Shown: positions 9,617-18,059 of the stretch, one piece after another | How the letters are laid out: every line of letters begins with the position of its first letter | Numbering within the stretch: the stretch's first letter is position 1 | Source: Methanobacteriota archaeon | Lineage (GTDB): Archaea; Thermoplasmatota; E2; DHVEG-1 | Assembly: GCA_963769885.1 (NCBI GenBank) | Contig: CAVYNH010000006.1 | Coordinates: 704,001 to 768,000, forward strand | Reading direction: 5' to 3' | Length of the DNA: 64,000 bases | Program-made: the position numbers and the translations under genes | Notes under the pieces: model-generated | Databases searched by the model: none | Told to the model about the DNA's origin: nothing | The model's input: the letters and a program-made list of their open reading frames with translations, nothing else

Positions 9617-10699
9617 CTACTGCAACAACCGGGTCCCATCGGTCTGGACCACAAGCTCCTTCGACGTGATGACCAGGTAATTCGAAACAGTGGCAAAGGA
9701 ACTAGAGATCTCGATATGCTGGCCTGAATCATGCACGACATAGATGCTCGCCAGCGCAGCCCCGAGTGATTCGTTGGTCCCGATATCCTGAAAGACCCGG
9801 AGGTGGAAGCAGTCCTCTACCCCAAAATTCTGCTCGATATCCGTCTGAACGTTATCCGCGACGCACGCGCATTCCACCGGAATCCAGCCGCCCACACCCT
9901 GACCAGGACCGATGAAGACCTCGGCCCAGGCGTGGGCCACAGCCTGCATCGGTGTCCCCTCGCTGACGAGATACCCGCGGATGAACCGCGCGGGAATCCC
10001 CACCGCACGGCACAAGGAGATATAGAGGAACGACAAGTCGTCGCAGTCGCCCGTCTTCAACACAAGCGTCGTCGCCGCAGGCTGCACACCATTGGATTCA
10101 TGCAACTGGTAATGGATATTCTCCTTCAGCCAACGGAACAGGGCTTTAGCGAGCAACAGCGAGTTGGTCGAGGAGTTACGCAAGACGGAGTCCGCGACCG
10201 CTTTAATCGCCGGGTTGGCAGGGTCGATGAACCGTATGGTCTCATTGCCCTGCACGTTCGTATACCGGGTAATATAATCCTCTGCACTGACCCGAAGCTG
10301 AGCAAGAGAGTCTGCGCTTTCGCCTGACAGGTCCGGATAGAGGTAGGTCTCTGCGGTGACTTTGGTCTGAACCCCGAGGATGTAATGGTTCGGCGTGGCG
10401 CCCGTGATGTTCCAGACAACCACGGAGTTGTCCGCCCGCTCATCGAGAGTATACGATGTCGTGTTCAACAGCGTATATGGGATATCGTAGCCCATGGTCA
10501 CTTCAGGGAGGTCGCAGGTGTACTTGATGGTATAGGCCCCCATCCCCGTCGCGTTGACATCATATCCATACCGAAGCGTGTACTGCACATGGGTGGGGTG
10601 CGTCACGTAGGTTCTCGGTCCGGGGACAATCGGGCTTGTGCACCCGGAGAGCATCAGGGCGATGGCGAGAACAATGGGGATTATGAAGAGGGGGCGCAT
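9617..10699 (-). CDS. Lipoprotein with transglutaminase-like domain
   Basis: Lipobox LSGC after hydrophobic leader; GDCDDLS, RAVGIPAR, HAWAEV, GWIPVE. Confidence 0.8.
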   Translation of the reverse strand: MRPLFIIPIVLAIALMLSGCTSPIVPGPRTYVTHPTHVQYTLRYGYDVNATGMGAYTIKYTCDLPEVTMGYDIPYTLLNTTSYTLDERADNSVVVWNITGATPNHYILGVQTKVTAETYLYPDLSGESADSLAQLRVSAEDYITRYTNVQGNETIRFIDPANPAIKAVADSVLRNSSTNSLLLAKALFRWLKENIHYQLHESNGVQPAATTLVLKTGDCDDLSFLYISLCRAVGIPARFIRGYLVSEGTPMQAVAHAWAEVFIGPGQGVGGWIPVECACVADNVQTDIEQNFGVEDCFHLRVFQDIGTNESLGAALASIYVVHDSGQHIEISSSFATVSNYLVITSKELVVQTDGTRLLQ

Positions 10700-10700
10700 A

Positions 10701-12557
10701 TTAGGCGGACCTCCTGAGAAGCCCATGCCGGTGGAGGGGCCCGGGCGGGCGCGCGTGGGGCTGTTGGGCGAGCCAGTGGCGGCAGCCGCTGTTCATCGGG
10801 CAGGATTTACAGGATGGAGAGGCTTCGTGGCATATGGATTTGCCGAGTTGGGCGAGGCTGTCGAGGTATTTGAAGACGTTCTCTTTCATCTCCTCAGCCT
10901 CGGCACTGAGGAACTGGATGGTCTCGTCCGGGGTCTTGGTCTTGACCCAGCCGAGCCTGGTGGCGACGCGGTGGACGAGCACGGCTTTCTCCGTGTTATG
11001 CCTCTGCGCCTCCTTCTGCTGCTGTGAGGGGAGGGGTGGTGCCTTAGGGAGCTTGAGTTTGTAGTCACTGGGGTCGATGTCTTTGAAGACGGTGACGGAT
11101 TTGCCGCCGTGGTCGGTTTCCCGTGTTCGGATTTCGACGAGGATCGGGACTTGGATGCTGGCGCCGCTGATGAGGGCGACGCCGATCGGTAATCGTTGGA
11201 TCTCGTCGTAGGTCTGGCTGGTGAGGCCTTCGACGGATTGGATGATGGCTTTGAGGTCGTTGGGGTTGGTGACCTTGAGGATGATGTTGGTGTTGCACTG
11301 GCTGATGATGTTCTTGTCGATCTTGGCGGGGCGTTGGCTGACGACGCAGAGGCCCATGCCGAACTTGCGGCCTTCGCTTGCGACGGTCCGTAGCATCTGC
11401 GAGCTGACGGCGTGGCCGATGCCGTGCTCGGGGCAGTAGTTGTGGGCTTCTTCGACGACGCAGAGGAAGGGGGGGATTTTGCCGGCTTTGCGGTCCTTGA
11501 AGAGTTCTTCGGTGAGCCGGGCGACGACGACGTCTTGGATGTCCGGGGGGACGCCGCGCATGTTGATGATGGTGCATTTGCCTTTTTGGACGAGCTCGGT
11601 GGTCTCGGTGCCTTTGTCGCTGAAGACGCCGATCGCATCTAGTGATTCGAGGGAGGCGATGACGTTCCAGCGGGCGTTGCTCTTGGTGTGTTCGACGGCT
11701 TCGATGATGTCGCGGATGGTGTAGTTTTCTTTGAATTCTTTGAGTTCCTTGATGGTTTGGTAGAGGACCGCGATCTGGGGGCCGGAGAGCTTGGCCTGGA
11801 GGAGTTCGAGGATGTCGCGGCCTTCGAGGCTGAGACCGTTGAGCGTCAGGTGCTTGGAGCCGTCGTCGGTGGCGAGGGGGGAGTAGGCGGTGATCTGGCC
11901 GGCGTAGTCCGCGGGTTTGACGTTGAACTTCTCCATGTTCTTTTCGTCTTTCTTGTCTTTGTTGGGCTTACTCAGCGAGATGTACTCACCGTGGGTGTCG
12001 ATGATGACCAAGGGGATTTTCTTTTTGAGGAGTTCTTCGATGAGGACGCCGCACGCGTAGCTCTTACCGCCGCCGGTCTTCGCGAGAATGCAGATGTGTT
12101 TTTGTACGAGGGAATCAATGTTAAGGTAAACGGGCAGGTCATGGCCTTTCAAGAGGCCGAGGTAGGCGCCGTTCTGTTTTTCGGCTTGGAGGCCGAGGAC
12201 ATGGCGGATGAGGTCTCCGTTGGCGAGGGTGATCTGGGCGCCGGCTTCGAATGGGCTGCGGGGCGCCTGGAGGTGTCCTTCCTTGTCGCGGAAGCCGATG
12301 ACTTCGGCGTAGGCGCTGATGTCGCTCTTGATGGGTGGCAGGGTGCTGTTGGTTTTGATGGTGATGGCGTCCTCGAATTTCAGGTCGGAGTAGCCTTTGA
12401 TGTCCATGACTTGGGCGAGGACGTAGCCTTCTTCGTGCGGCGCGGCGACGTAGTCGAATTTGCGCAGGCTGTGGCCGTTAACCGTAAAGTTGAACTTCGT
12501 CGAGCCGACGTCACCGTAGATAAGACCGATACTGTCGTTTTTCTGATTCTGTGGCAT
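10701..12557 (-). CDS. HerA-family ATPase (HAS barrel + P-loop) with C-terminal EndoIII-like 4Fe-4S motif
   Basis: AKTGGGKS, IIDTHGEY, VVEEAHNY, EGRKFG..SQRP; C-terminal C-x6-C-x2-C-x5-C. Confidence 0.85.
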   Translation of the reverse strand: MPQNQKNDSIGLIYGDVGSTKFNFTVNGHSLRKFDYVAAPHEEGYVLAQVMDIKGYSDLKFEDAITIKTNSTLPPIKSDISAYAEVIGFRDKEGHLQAPRSPFEAGAQITLANGDLIRHVLGLQAEKQNGAYLGLLKGHDLPVYLNIDSLVQKHICILAKTGGGKSYACGVLIEELLKKKIPLVIIDTHGEYISLSKPNKDKKDEKNMEKFNVKPADYAGQITAYSPLATDDGSKHLTLNGLSLEGRDILELLQAKLSGPQIAVLYQTIKELKEFKENYTIRDIIEAVEHTKSNARWNVIASLESLDAIGVFSDKGTETTELVQKGKCTIINMRGVPPDIQDVVVARLTEELFKDRKAGKIPPFLCVVEEAHNYCPEHGIGHAVSSQMLRTVASEGRKFGMGLCVVSQRPAKIDKNIISQCNTNIILKVTNPNDLKAIIQSVEGLTSQTYDEIQRLPIGVALISGASIQVPILVEIRTRETDHGGKSVTVFKDIDPSDYKLKLPKAPPLPSQQQKEAQRHNTEKAVLVHRVATRLGWVKTKTPDETIQFLSAEAEEMKENVFKYLDSLAQLGKSICHEASPSCKSCPMNSGCRHWLAQQPHARPPGPLHRHGLLRRSA

Positions 12558-12597
12558 CCAAACCCCTGCTAGGCTAGCGAAATAAATTACGTGGTTC

Positions 12598-13413
12598 TTA
12601 TAGTTTATGCAAGAGCCTGCCGAGCTTTGGCGGCAGCCCGGCGAAGGCCATGAGCGCGTCGACTTCGATGAAGTGCAGGCTGCCCGGGATGACGAGGACA
12701 TGGAGGGGCGGGCCGAAGTCGCGGTCCATGAGGTTCTTGATGTGGTCGGCGGCGAGCAGAGGCTGGTCGGAACCGGCGCGGGCGACGACGCAGGCTAAGG
12801 ACTCTTCATTGATGGTCGTGCTCTCCAGCCTCGTGCCCATCTCGAGGATCAGCCGGAGGCCCTCCGGTGCGGTCATGTACCGGTTCTGGTCCGCCTGGAT
12901 GTCCAAAAAGACCAAGGTGTGCAGGCCAGCGGTCTGGTTGCCAGCGATGACCTCGTAGGGGCTGGTCGGGAAGAAGTTCTTCTGCGGATATGCTAGGGTC
13001 GTGCTGCGGCCGAATTTATAGTTCTGCAGCCCGAGGAGCCCGGGGGCGGCGGTGACGATGCTGCTGCCATGGATGATCCGGGTCGGGATTCCTTCGCGTG
13101 CGGCGCGCAGCCGCAGGTCGACATGGGTCGTAGCGGTCATGGGGTCGCCACAGATGAGGAGCGCGACCCTCTTGGTACGTGCGGCGGCGAGGACCTCGTC
13201 GGCGCGCTCAGTCTGCTCACGAGACAGCATCGTGATGGGTCTGCCGATCTGCTGTTCGAAGACGGTCTGGTCGAAGGCGCCGGGCCGCGAGGTGTAAAAC
13301 TCGGCGAAGACCACGTCCGCGTGCTGCAGCTCGTGCAGGCCTCGCAACGAGACGTCCCGGGTGCCGTAGAGCCCCAGGCCGACGAAGAAGAGCGAGCCGG
13401 TCACGCTTGTCAT
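12598..13413 (-). CDS. dph5: Diphthine synthase
   Basis: VGLGL, AEFYTS, GDPMTATTH, GLQNYKFG, HTLVFLDI, FGPPLH. Confidence 0.95.
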   Translation of the reverse strand: MTSVTGSLFFVGLGLYGTRDVSLRGLHELQHADVVFAEFYTSRPGAFDQTVFEQQIGRPITMLSREQTERADEVLAAARTKRVALLICGDPMTATTHVDLRLRAAREGIPTRIIHGSSIVTAAPGLLGLQNYKFGRSTTLAYPQKNFFPTSPYEVIAGNQTAGLHTLVFLDIQADQNRYMTAPEGLRLILEMGTRLESTTINEESLACVVARAGSDQPLLAADHIKNLMDRDFGPPLHVLVIPGSLHFIEVDALMAFAGLPPKLGRLLHKL

Positions 13414-13662
13414 GGTTGCTGGTACGCATCCTGCGGTGGTTCATGAACCTATCCGCGCAGTGAAATATTCCGAAAACGTTTAAAAGTCCTTTTCTATACT
13501 CATCAGTGGGCGACAACTACCGGCTTTCTTTTTTTCCCAAAGCCATATCGACTCTGGTTTTTTTTCACGAAAAAGCCCTCCTGAATATAAAGATTGTGCC
13601 AGGAGAAAATTAAGAAAGATTTAAATTCCCATCAGAGCATGTCCCTGCCGGAGGTATGAGTT

Positions 13663-13848
13663 ATGCCTTACACACACCAAGGATGGACGTTATATACACG
13701 CAACGTGAACCTCAAAGGAGGAAGGAAGCAGACCATTTACTTCTTCAGCAAGCGCTCACCAAAGAGCGGGACACCCTGCGAGTTACCCACCGGCTACGCC
13801 GTCGGCGTCAACAAGAGAACGGGACTGCCATACCTACGCAAGAAATAA
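13663..13848 (+). CDS. Small basic hypothetical protein (61 aa), paralogous to the C-terminal domain of 30299..31555
   Basis: GGAGGT upstream, T-rich tract downstream; TIYFFSK...LPTGYAVGVNKRTGLPYLRKK. Confidence 0.8.
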   Translation: MPYTHQGWTLYTRNVNLKGGRKQTIYFFSKRSPKSGTPCELPTGYAVGVNKRTGLPYLRKK

Positions 13849-13851
13849 GGC

Positions 13852-13876
13852 ACCCCTTCTTTTTCTCTTTTTTTCA
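13852..13876 (+). terminator. Oligo-T archaeal terminator candidate
   Basis: cttctttttctcttttttt just after the 61-aa gene. Confidence 0.45.
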
Positions 13877-13918
13877 CCCCCCTTATAATCCTTTTCATAC
13901 CCCAATCCTGAGACGGTC

Positions 13919-14272
13919 ATGAGCATACGCCATCGGCACCAGGCCCGCAAACACCAGCAAAGAACCATCGCCACACGGCGAATCCAACAGCTCAGCCGCC
14001 TCGCCGAGGCCCAGGCACAGGCTGGCAACCTCGAGGTCGCACAACGGTACATCGAACTGGCCCGCGGGATCGCCACCCGCGTCGTCGTCCCCCTCCCTTC
14101 GGCCGTCAAACGCCAGGTCTGCAAGCACTGCGGGGCGTACCTCCTGCCGGGCAGCACCAGCCGTACCCGGATCCACCGCGGCCGCATTATCCTCTACTGC
14201 ACCCGCTGCGGCGCATACCGCCGCCACCCGCTCCACCATAAACCCGTCAAACCACGCCTAACCAAGGCGTAA
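13919..14272 (+). CDS. rnp4: Ribonuclease P protein component 4 (Rpp21)
   Basis: IATRRIQQL, RYIELARGI, KRQVCKHCGAYLLPG, CTRCG. Confidence 0.9.
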   Translation: MSIRHRHQARKHQQRTIATRRIQQLSRLAEAQAQAGNLEVAQRYIELARGIATRVVVPLPSAVKRQVCKHCGAYLLPGSTSRTRIHRGRIILYCTRCGAYRRHPLHHKPVKPRLTKA

Positions 14273-14282
14273 CCGACGCGCC

Positions 14283-14642
14283 TCAGCGCTTTGTGAGGTT
14301 CCACTCCTCGTTCCCGCTGAGCGCCGTCAACAAAAGGTGGGCGCTGTTTTGCGAGAAACTCACCCGATATTGAATGGATTGCTTCCCGCTCGTGACCTTT
14401 GTCAGGATGCTCCCAATGACGGACCAGGTCCCCTCATCAACGACCAGCGGGAGTACCGCCCGGTACCGACCATCAGCCTCGAAGGTCATGTTCGCAGGGA
14501 CCCTGGAACCGTTCCCATAGGCAAACGTCCCCCACCAGGAGCCAACAAAGGGAGTCCTGGCGGGGTCAGCCTGCTGCAGGCACCCACCGAGCGCGATCGT
14601 AAGAAGCAGTAGGCACAACACCATGGCGAGCAATTGTTTCAT
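14283..14642 (-). CDS. Hypothetical lipoprotein (lipocalin-like beta protein)
   Basis: LGGC lipobox; FVGSW, GTWSV. Confidence 0.6.
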   Translation of the reverse strand: MKQLLAMVLCLLLLTIALGGCLQQADPARTPFVGSWWGTFAYGNGSRVPANMTFEADGRYRAVLPLVVDEGTWSVIGSILTKVTSGKQSIQYRVSFSQNSAHLLLTALSGNEEWNLTKR

Positions 14643-14757
14643 CAGCTGGTCCCATACCCGCGTTGGGGATGAACCACCCGCGAGTTATAAGAACATTCCC
14701 CCCCTTTTTTTATCACAACATTTTTATACAATAAAAAGGAATTAAAACTGGCTTTCC

Positions 14758-15219
14758 ATGAGACCACGCCTCATCACCCTAGGGTTCATCCTGCTTCTCC
14801 TCCTCTCCTTCGCCACCGCCTCGGCACGTACCATCCCGACAACCCACCAGCTCCTCCAAGAAAGAACAGCCAGCGGTACCAATACGACAACCCTCACCTA
14901 TCCCATGATCCGCATCGACATGCCAGCGACCAGCGGCCTGAACGTGACCAACGACGGCTTCGTCACCAAATCCGGCTTCGGCATCGGCCTCAGCTGGGAC
15001 GTCGGCGTCGGCGTCCTCGGCCTCGTCAACCTCACCGTCATCGACGGTCCCCTCACCATCAAGACCCCCGACAGCGAAGAGCTCACCTTGAACCCCGGAG
15101 ACAACCTCACCGTCCTCTTCGGCGTCTTCCACTACTGCATCTACCAGCCCCCCGGATCGCCACCTCACGGGTTCCTCATCGGCCGGTTCCTGGGCGTCAC
15201 CATCCAACACACCGACTAA
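14758..15219 (+). CDS. Hypothetical secreted protein
   Basis: Signal peptide; C-terminal GFLIGRFLGVTI strand. Confidence 0.65.
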   Translation: MRPRLITLGFILLLLLSFATASARTIPTTHQLLQERTASGTNTTTLTYPMIRIDMPATSGLNVTNDGFVTKSGFGIGLSWDVGVGVLGLVNLTVIDGPLTIKTPDSEELTLNPGDNLTVLFGVFHYCIYQPPGSPPHGFLIGRFLGVTIQHTD

Positions 15220-15346
15220 GACCGACCCCTCGACCGCCTCTTTTTCCGCATTCCCCTCCTTGATTTTGGAAAAAACGGGAGCCAATACGCTTAAATAACA
15301 TTGCATTAATTACCCCTACCCACTTGAAAGAAGGAAACGGTTCACC

Positions 15347-15799
15347 ATGACATCTGCCTATGATGTTCCTGCGAAGGAATTGATCGCCGCACTGGCCAAG
15401 AAACTCCAAGCCGAACAGGCCATGGCGCCCCCCCAGTGGAGCGTCCTCGTTCGCACCGGCGTCACCCGAGAGAACACCCCAGAGCCCAAAGACTGGTGGT
15501 ACACCCGCTGCGCCTCGATCCTCCGCAAACTCTACCTAGAGAAAGCTGTCGGCGTCCAACGCCTCCGCGCCATGTACGGCGGCCCCCGCGACCGCGGCTC
15601 CAAGCCCAACAAGGCAATGGCCGGCAGCGGCGCCATCGCCCGCAAGGCCGTCCAACAACTCGAAGCCGCCGGGTACGTCGGAAAAGTCAAGGGCAAAGGC
15701 CGCATCCTGACCCCCAAGGGCGTCTCCTTCCTCGATCACACATCGTTCGAAGTCAAACAATCGCTTCTCGAAACCATACCTGCCTTGAAAAAGTATTAA
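15347..15799 (+). CDS. rps19e: 30S ribosomal protein S19e
   Basis: AYDVPA, DWWYTRCASILRKLY, YGG, GSGAIARKAVQQLE. Confidence 0.96.
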   Translation: MTSAYDVPAKELIAALAKKLQAEQAMAPPQWSVLVRTGVTRENTPEPKDWWYTRCASILRKLYLEKAVGVQRLRAMYGGPRDRGSKPNKAMAGSGAIARKAVQQLEAAGYVGKVKGKGRILTPKGVSFLDHTSFEVKQSLLETIPALKKY

Positions 15800-15842
15800 A
15801 TACCGATTCCTATAGGCAACATACCGAGGTTTTCGACCCATC

Positions 15843-16176
15843 ATGGACGAGTTAGAGGCGCTCCGGAAAAAAAGACTGCATGAACTCCAGCAGCAAGCAG
15901 CGGACCAAGAAGCATTCCAAGAAGATCAGCGCGCGGAGTACCGAAGAGCAAAAAAAGAACGCGATGCGCGCGATCCTCACCGACGACGCTCGCGAGCGGC
16001 TCGGCCGCATCCGCGTGGCACGCCCCGAGCTTGCCGACAACCTGGAGCAGCAGCTCATCATGTTGGCCCAGTCCGGCCGGCTCAAAAGTAAAATAAACGA
16101 CCAGCAATTACGGGAGATTCTCGCGAAGCTTCTCCCGAAGAAACGGGACATCACCATCCGCAAACGAGGGATCTAG
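15843..16176 (+). CDS. PDCD5-like DNA-binding protein; frameshift at ~15942 (likely read error)
   Basis: [12 protein letters not shown].. joins ..[22 protein letters not shown]...KRDITIRK if one C after GTAC is removed; conserved position between rps19e and rpl39e. Confidence 0.88.
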
Positions 16177-16180
16177 ACCT

Positions 16181-16339
16181 ATGTCCGACCACAAATCATT
16201 AGGAAAGAAACTCCGATTAACCAAAGCAGTCAAGAGCAACCGCCGCGTGCCCGCCTGGGTCATGATCCGGACGAACCGCCGATTCACCCGCCACCCCCAC
16301 ACGCGCAACTGGCGCCGCAACGCCCTGAAACGGAGCTGA
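16181..16339 (+). CDS. rpl39e: 50S ribosomal protein L39e
   Basis: Not in the ORF track (52 aa); translated by hand: [52 protein letters not shown]. Confidence 0.95.
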   Translation: MSDHKSLGKKLRLTKAVKSNRRVPAWVMIRTNRRFTRHPHTRNWRRNALKRS

Positions 16340-16347
16340 GATAGTCC

Positions 16348-17031
16348 ATGGCAGACAAACCCGCTGAACAGGAACTCGAACGCATCTACGTTGTCCCACT
16401 TTCTACGATAAAAAAAGGCCGCACCAGTGTCGCCGCACCCCGCGCCGTCAACGAAGTCCGCGCCTTCCTTGTCAAGCATATGAAGGTCGAGAAGAAGAAC
16501 GTCTGGATCGATGACAGCGTCAACAAGGAACTCTGGGCCCACGGTAAATACTGGATTCCACGAAAGATCCGCGTCCGCGCCGTCAAATTCGACGACGGCG
16601 TCGTCGAAGCCACACTCCCAGAGCTGGCGGAGAAGACCTCCCGGCGCGAGCAGCTCAAAGAAGAAAAGGAGAAGAAGACCCCGATCCTCAAGAAAGAGGA
16701 GGCGCCCGCCGCAGAAGGCGTGCCCGGGGCTGAGGATTACACGATTACGCCCTCCGCTGACGGCGAAGTGAAGATTAAGAAGAAGAAGCCTGTTAAAGAA
16801 GGCGAAGAAGCCGTTGAAGAGAAGGTCCCCGCCGAGAAGCCCGCGGCCGAGGAACAACCACCGACCCCTGAGCCGAAGGAAGCCATCGCCGAGAAACCCG
16901 AGGCCAAACCCAAGGCGCCCAAGAAGAAAGCGGAGCCCGCGGAAAAACCCCAAAAGAAAGCCTCAGAGAAAGCGCCGAAGAAGGCTGCCCCCAAGAAGAC
17001 CACGCCTAAGAAAGAAAAAGAAGAAAAGTAA
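16348..17031 (+). CDS. rpl31e: 50S ribosomal protein L31e with long K/E/P/A-rich C-terminal extension
   Basis: ERIYVVPL, RAVNEVRAFLVKHMK, VNKELWAHG, PRKIRVRA. Confidence 0.92.
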   Translation: MADKPAEQELERIYVVPLSTIKKGRTSVAAPRAVNEVRAFLVKHMKVEKKNVWIDDSVNKELWAHGKYWIPRKIRVRAVKFDDGVVEATLPELAEKTSRREQLKEEKEKKTPILKKEEAPAAEGVPGAEDYTITPSADGEVKIKKKKPVKEGEEAVEEKVPAEKPAAEEQPPTPEPKEAIAEKPEAKPKAPKKKAEPAEKPQKKASEKAPKKAAPKKTTPKKEKEEK

Positions 17032-17116
17032 CCAATTCACTCTTTTCTTCTCTTTATTTTTCTCTCCTCGATAGGTTAAGTTTATATAGTATTCTGGAAA
17101 CTACCCTGGCGATACC

Positions 17117-17800
17117 GTGACCCTCGAGACCCCCCAGCTGACGCTCATCGACTTCAACGAAAACCCCAACGTCGGCATTTACTGCCGCGCCAACAACAAA
17201 TCCGCCTTCGTCCAAAAAGGGCTGACCAAAAAAGCGAAACAGACCATCGCGGACACCCTCGCCGTCAAGGTCGTCGACATCTGCATCTGCGACGCCACCA
17301 TCATCGGCTCACTGCTCGCCCTCAACAACCACGGTGCGATCGTCACCGAAGCCATCGACGACGTCTCCCACAAAAAACTCAAAGACCAAGGCCTCCATAT
17401 TCTCTTACTTAAGGATATCATCAACGCCGCGGGCAACGACATCCTCACCAACGACCACGGCTGCCTCGTCCACCCCGAGATGAAGACACCGACCCTCAAA
17501 AAAATCCAGGATACCCTCGGCGTCCCGGTCGAACGCGGCTGCATCGCCGGCCTCGGCACCGTCGGCATGGCCGCCGTCGTCACCAACAAAGGCTGCCTCT
17601 GCCACCCCAAGATTGACAAAACCGAACAGCAGCACCTCGAGGAGCTCTTCAAGGTCAAGACCATGATCGGCACCGTCAACCACGGTTTCCCCATGATCGG
17701 CAGCGGCCTCGTCGCCAACGACCACGGCGCCCTCATCGGCAGGCTTACCACCGGCATCGAAATGGGCCGTATTGATGAAGCATTGGGCTTCCTCCAATAA
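17117..17800 (+). CDS. eif6: Translation initiation factor 6 (aIF6)
   Basis: NPNVGIY, GNDILTND, LVHP, GTVNHG..IGSGLVAND, TTGIEMGRI. Confidence 0.93.
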   Translation: MTLETPQLTLIDFNENPNVGIYCRANNKSAFVQKGLTKKAKQTIADTLAVKVVDICICDATIIGSLLALNNHGAIVTEAIDDVSHKKLKDQGLHILLLKDIINAAGNDILTNDHGCLVHPEMKTPTLKKIQDTLGVPVERGCIAGLGTVGMAAVVTNKGCLCHPKIDKTEQQHLEELFKVKTMIGTVNHGFPMIGSGLVANDHGALIGRLTTGIEMGRIDEALGFLQ

Positions 17801-18059
17801 CTATTAACGCCTCCTAACAGTCTCACTGCGGTAACGGGAGAGCCTGGTTTTTTCCGAAATATTCAAATAGTGCCACTGGTTTACATGGGCTAGGCGGAGA
17901 GATGGGATTGCAAGTGAAACACAAACTCGTTTTTTAGGGAATACGGAGTATACACCTCCGCCGCCTCCCCCAAACTTCTCTTACACCACTCCATTTTTTT
18001 CTTCTCTACTGCACCAGTATGTTTATGAACCGCGATTTTATTAAAGCCCTCGATTCGCC

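Noticed and set aside
15938-15960. A-run in PDCD5 as a programmed slippery site
   Set aside because: The protein pattern (AEYEEQKK) places the break at GTAC-C upstream of the A run, matching the other three breaks
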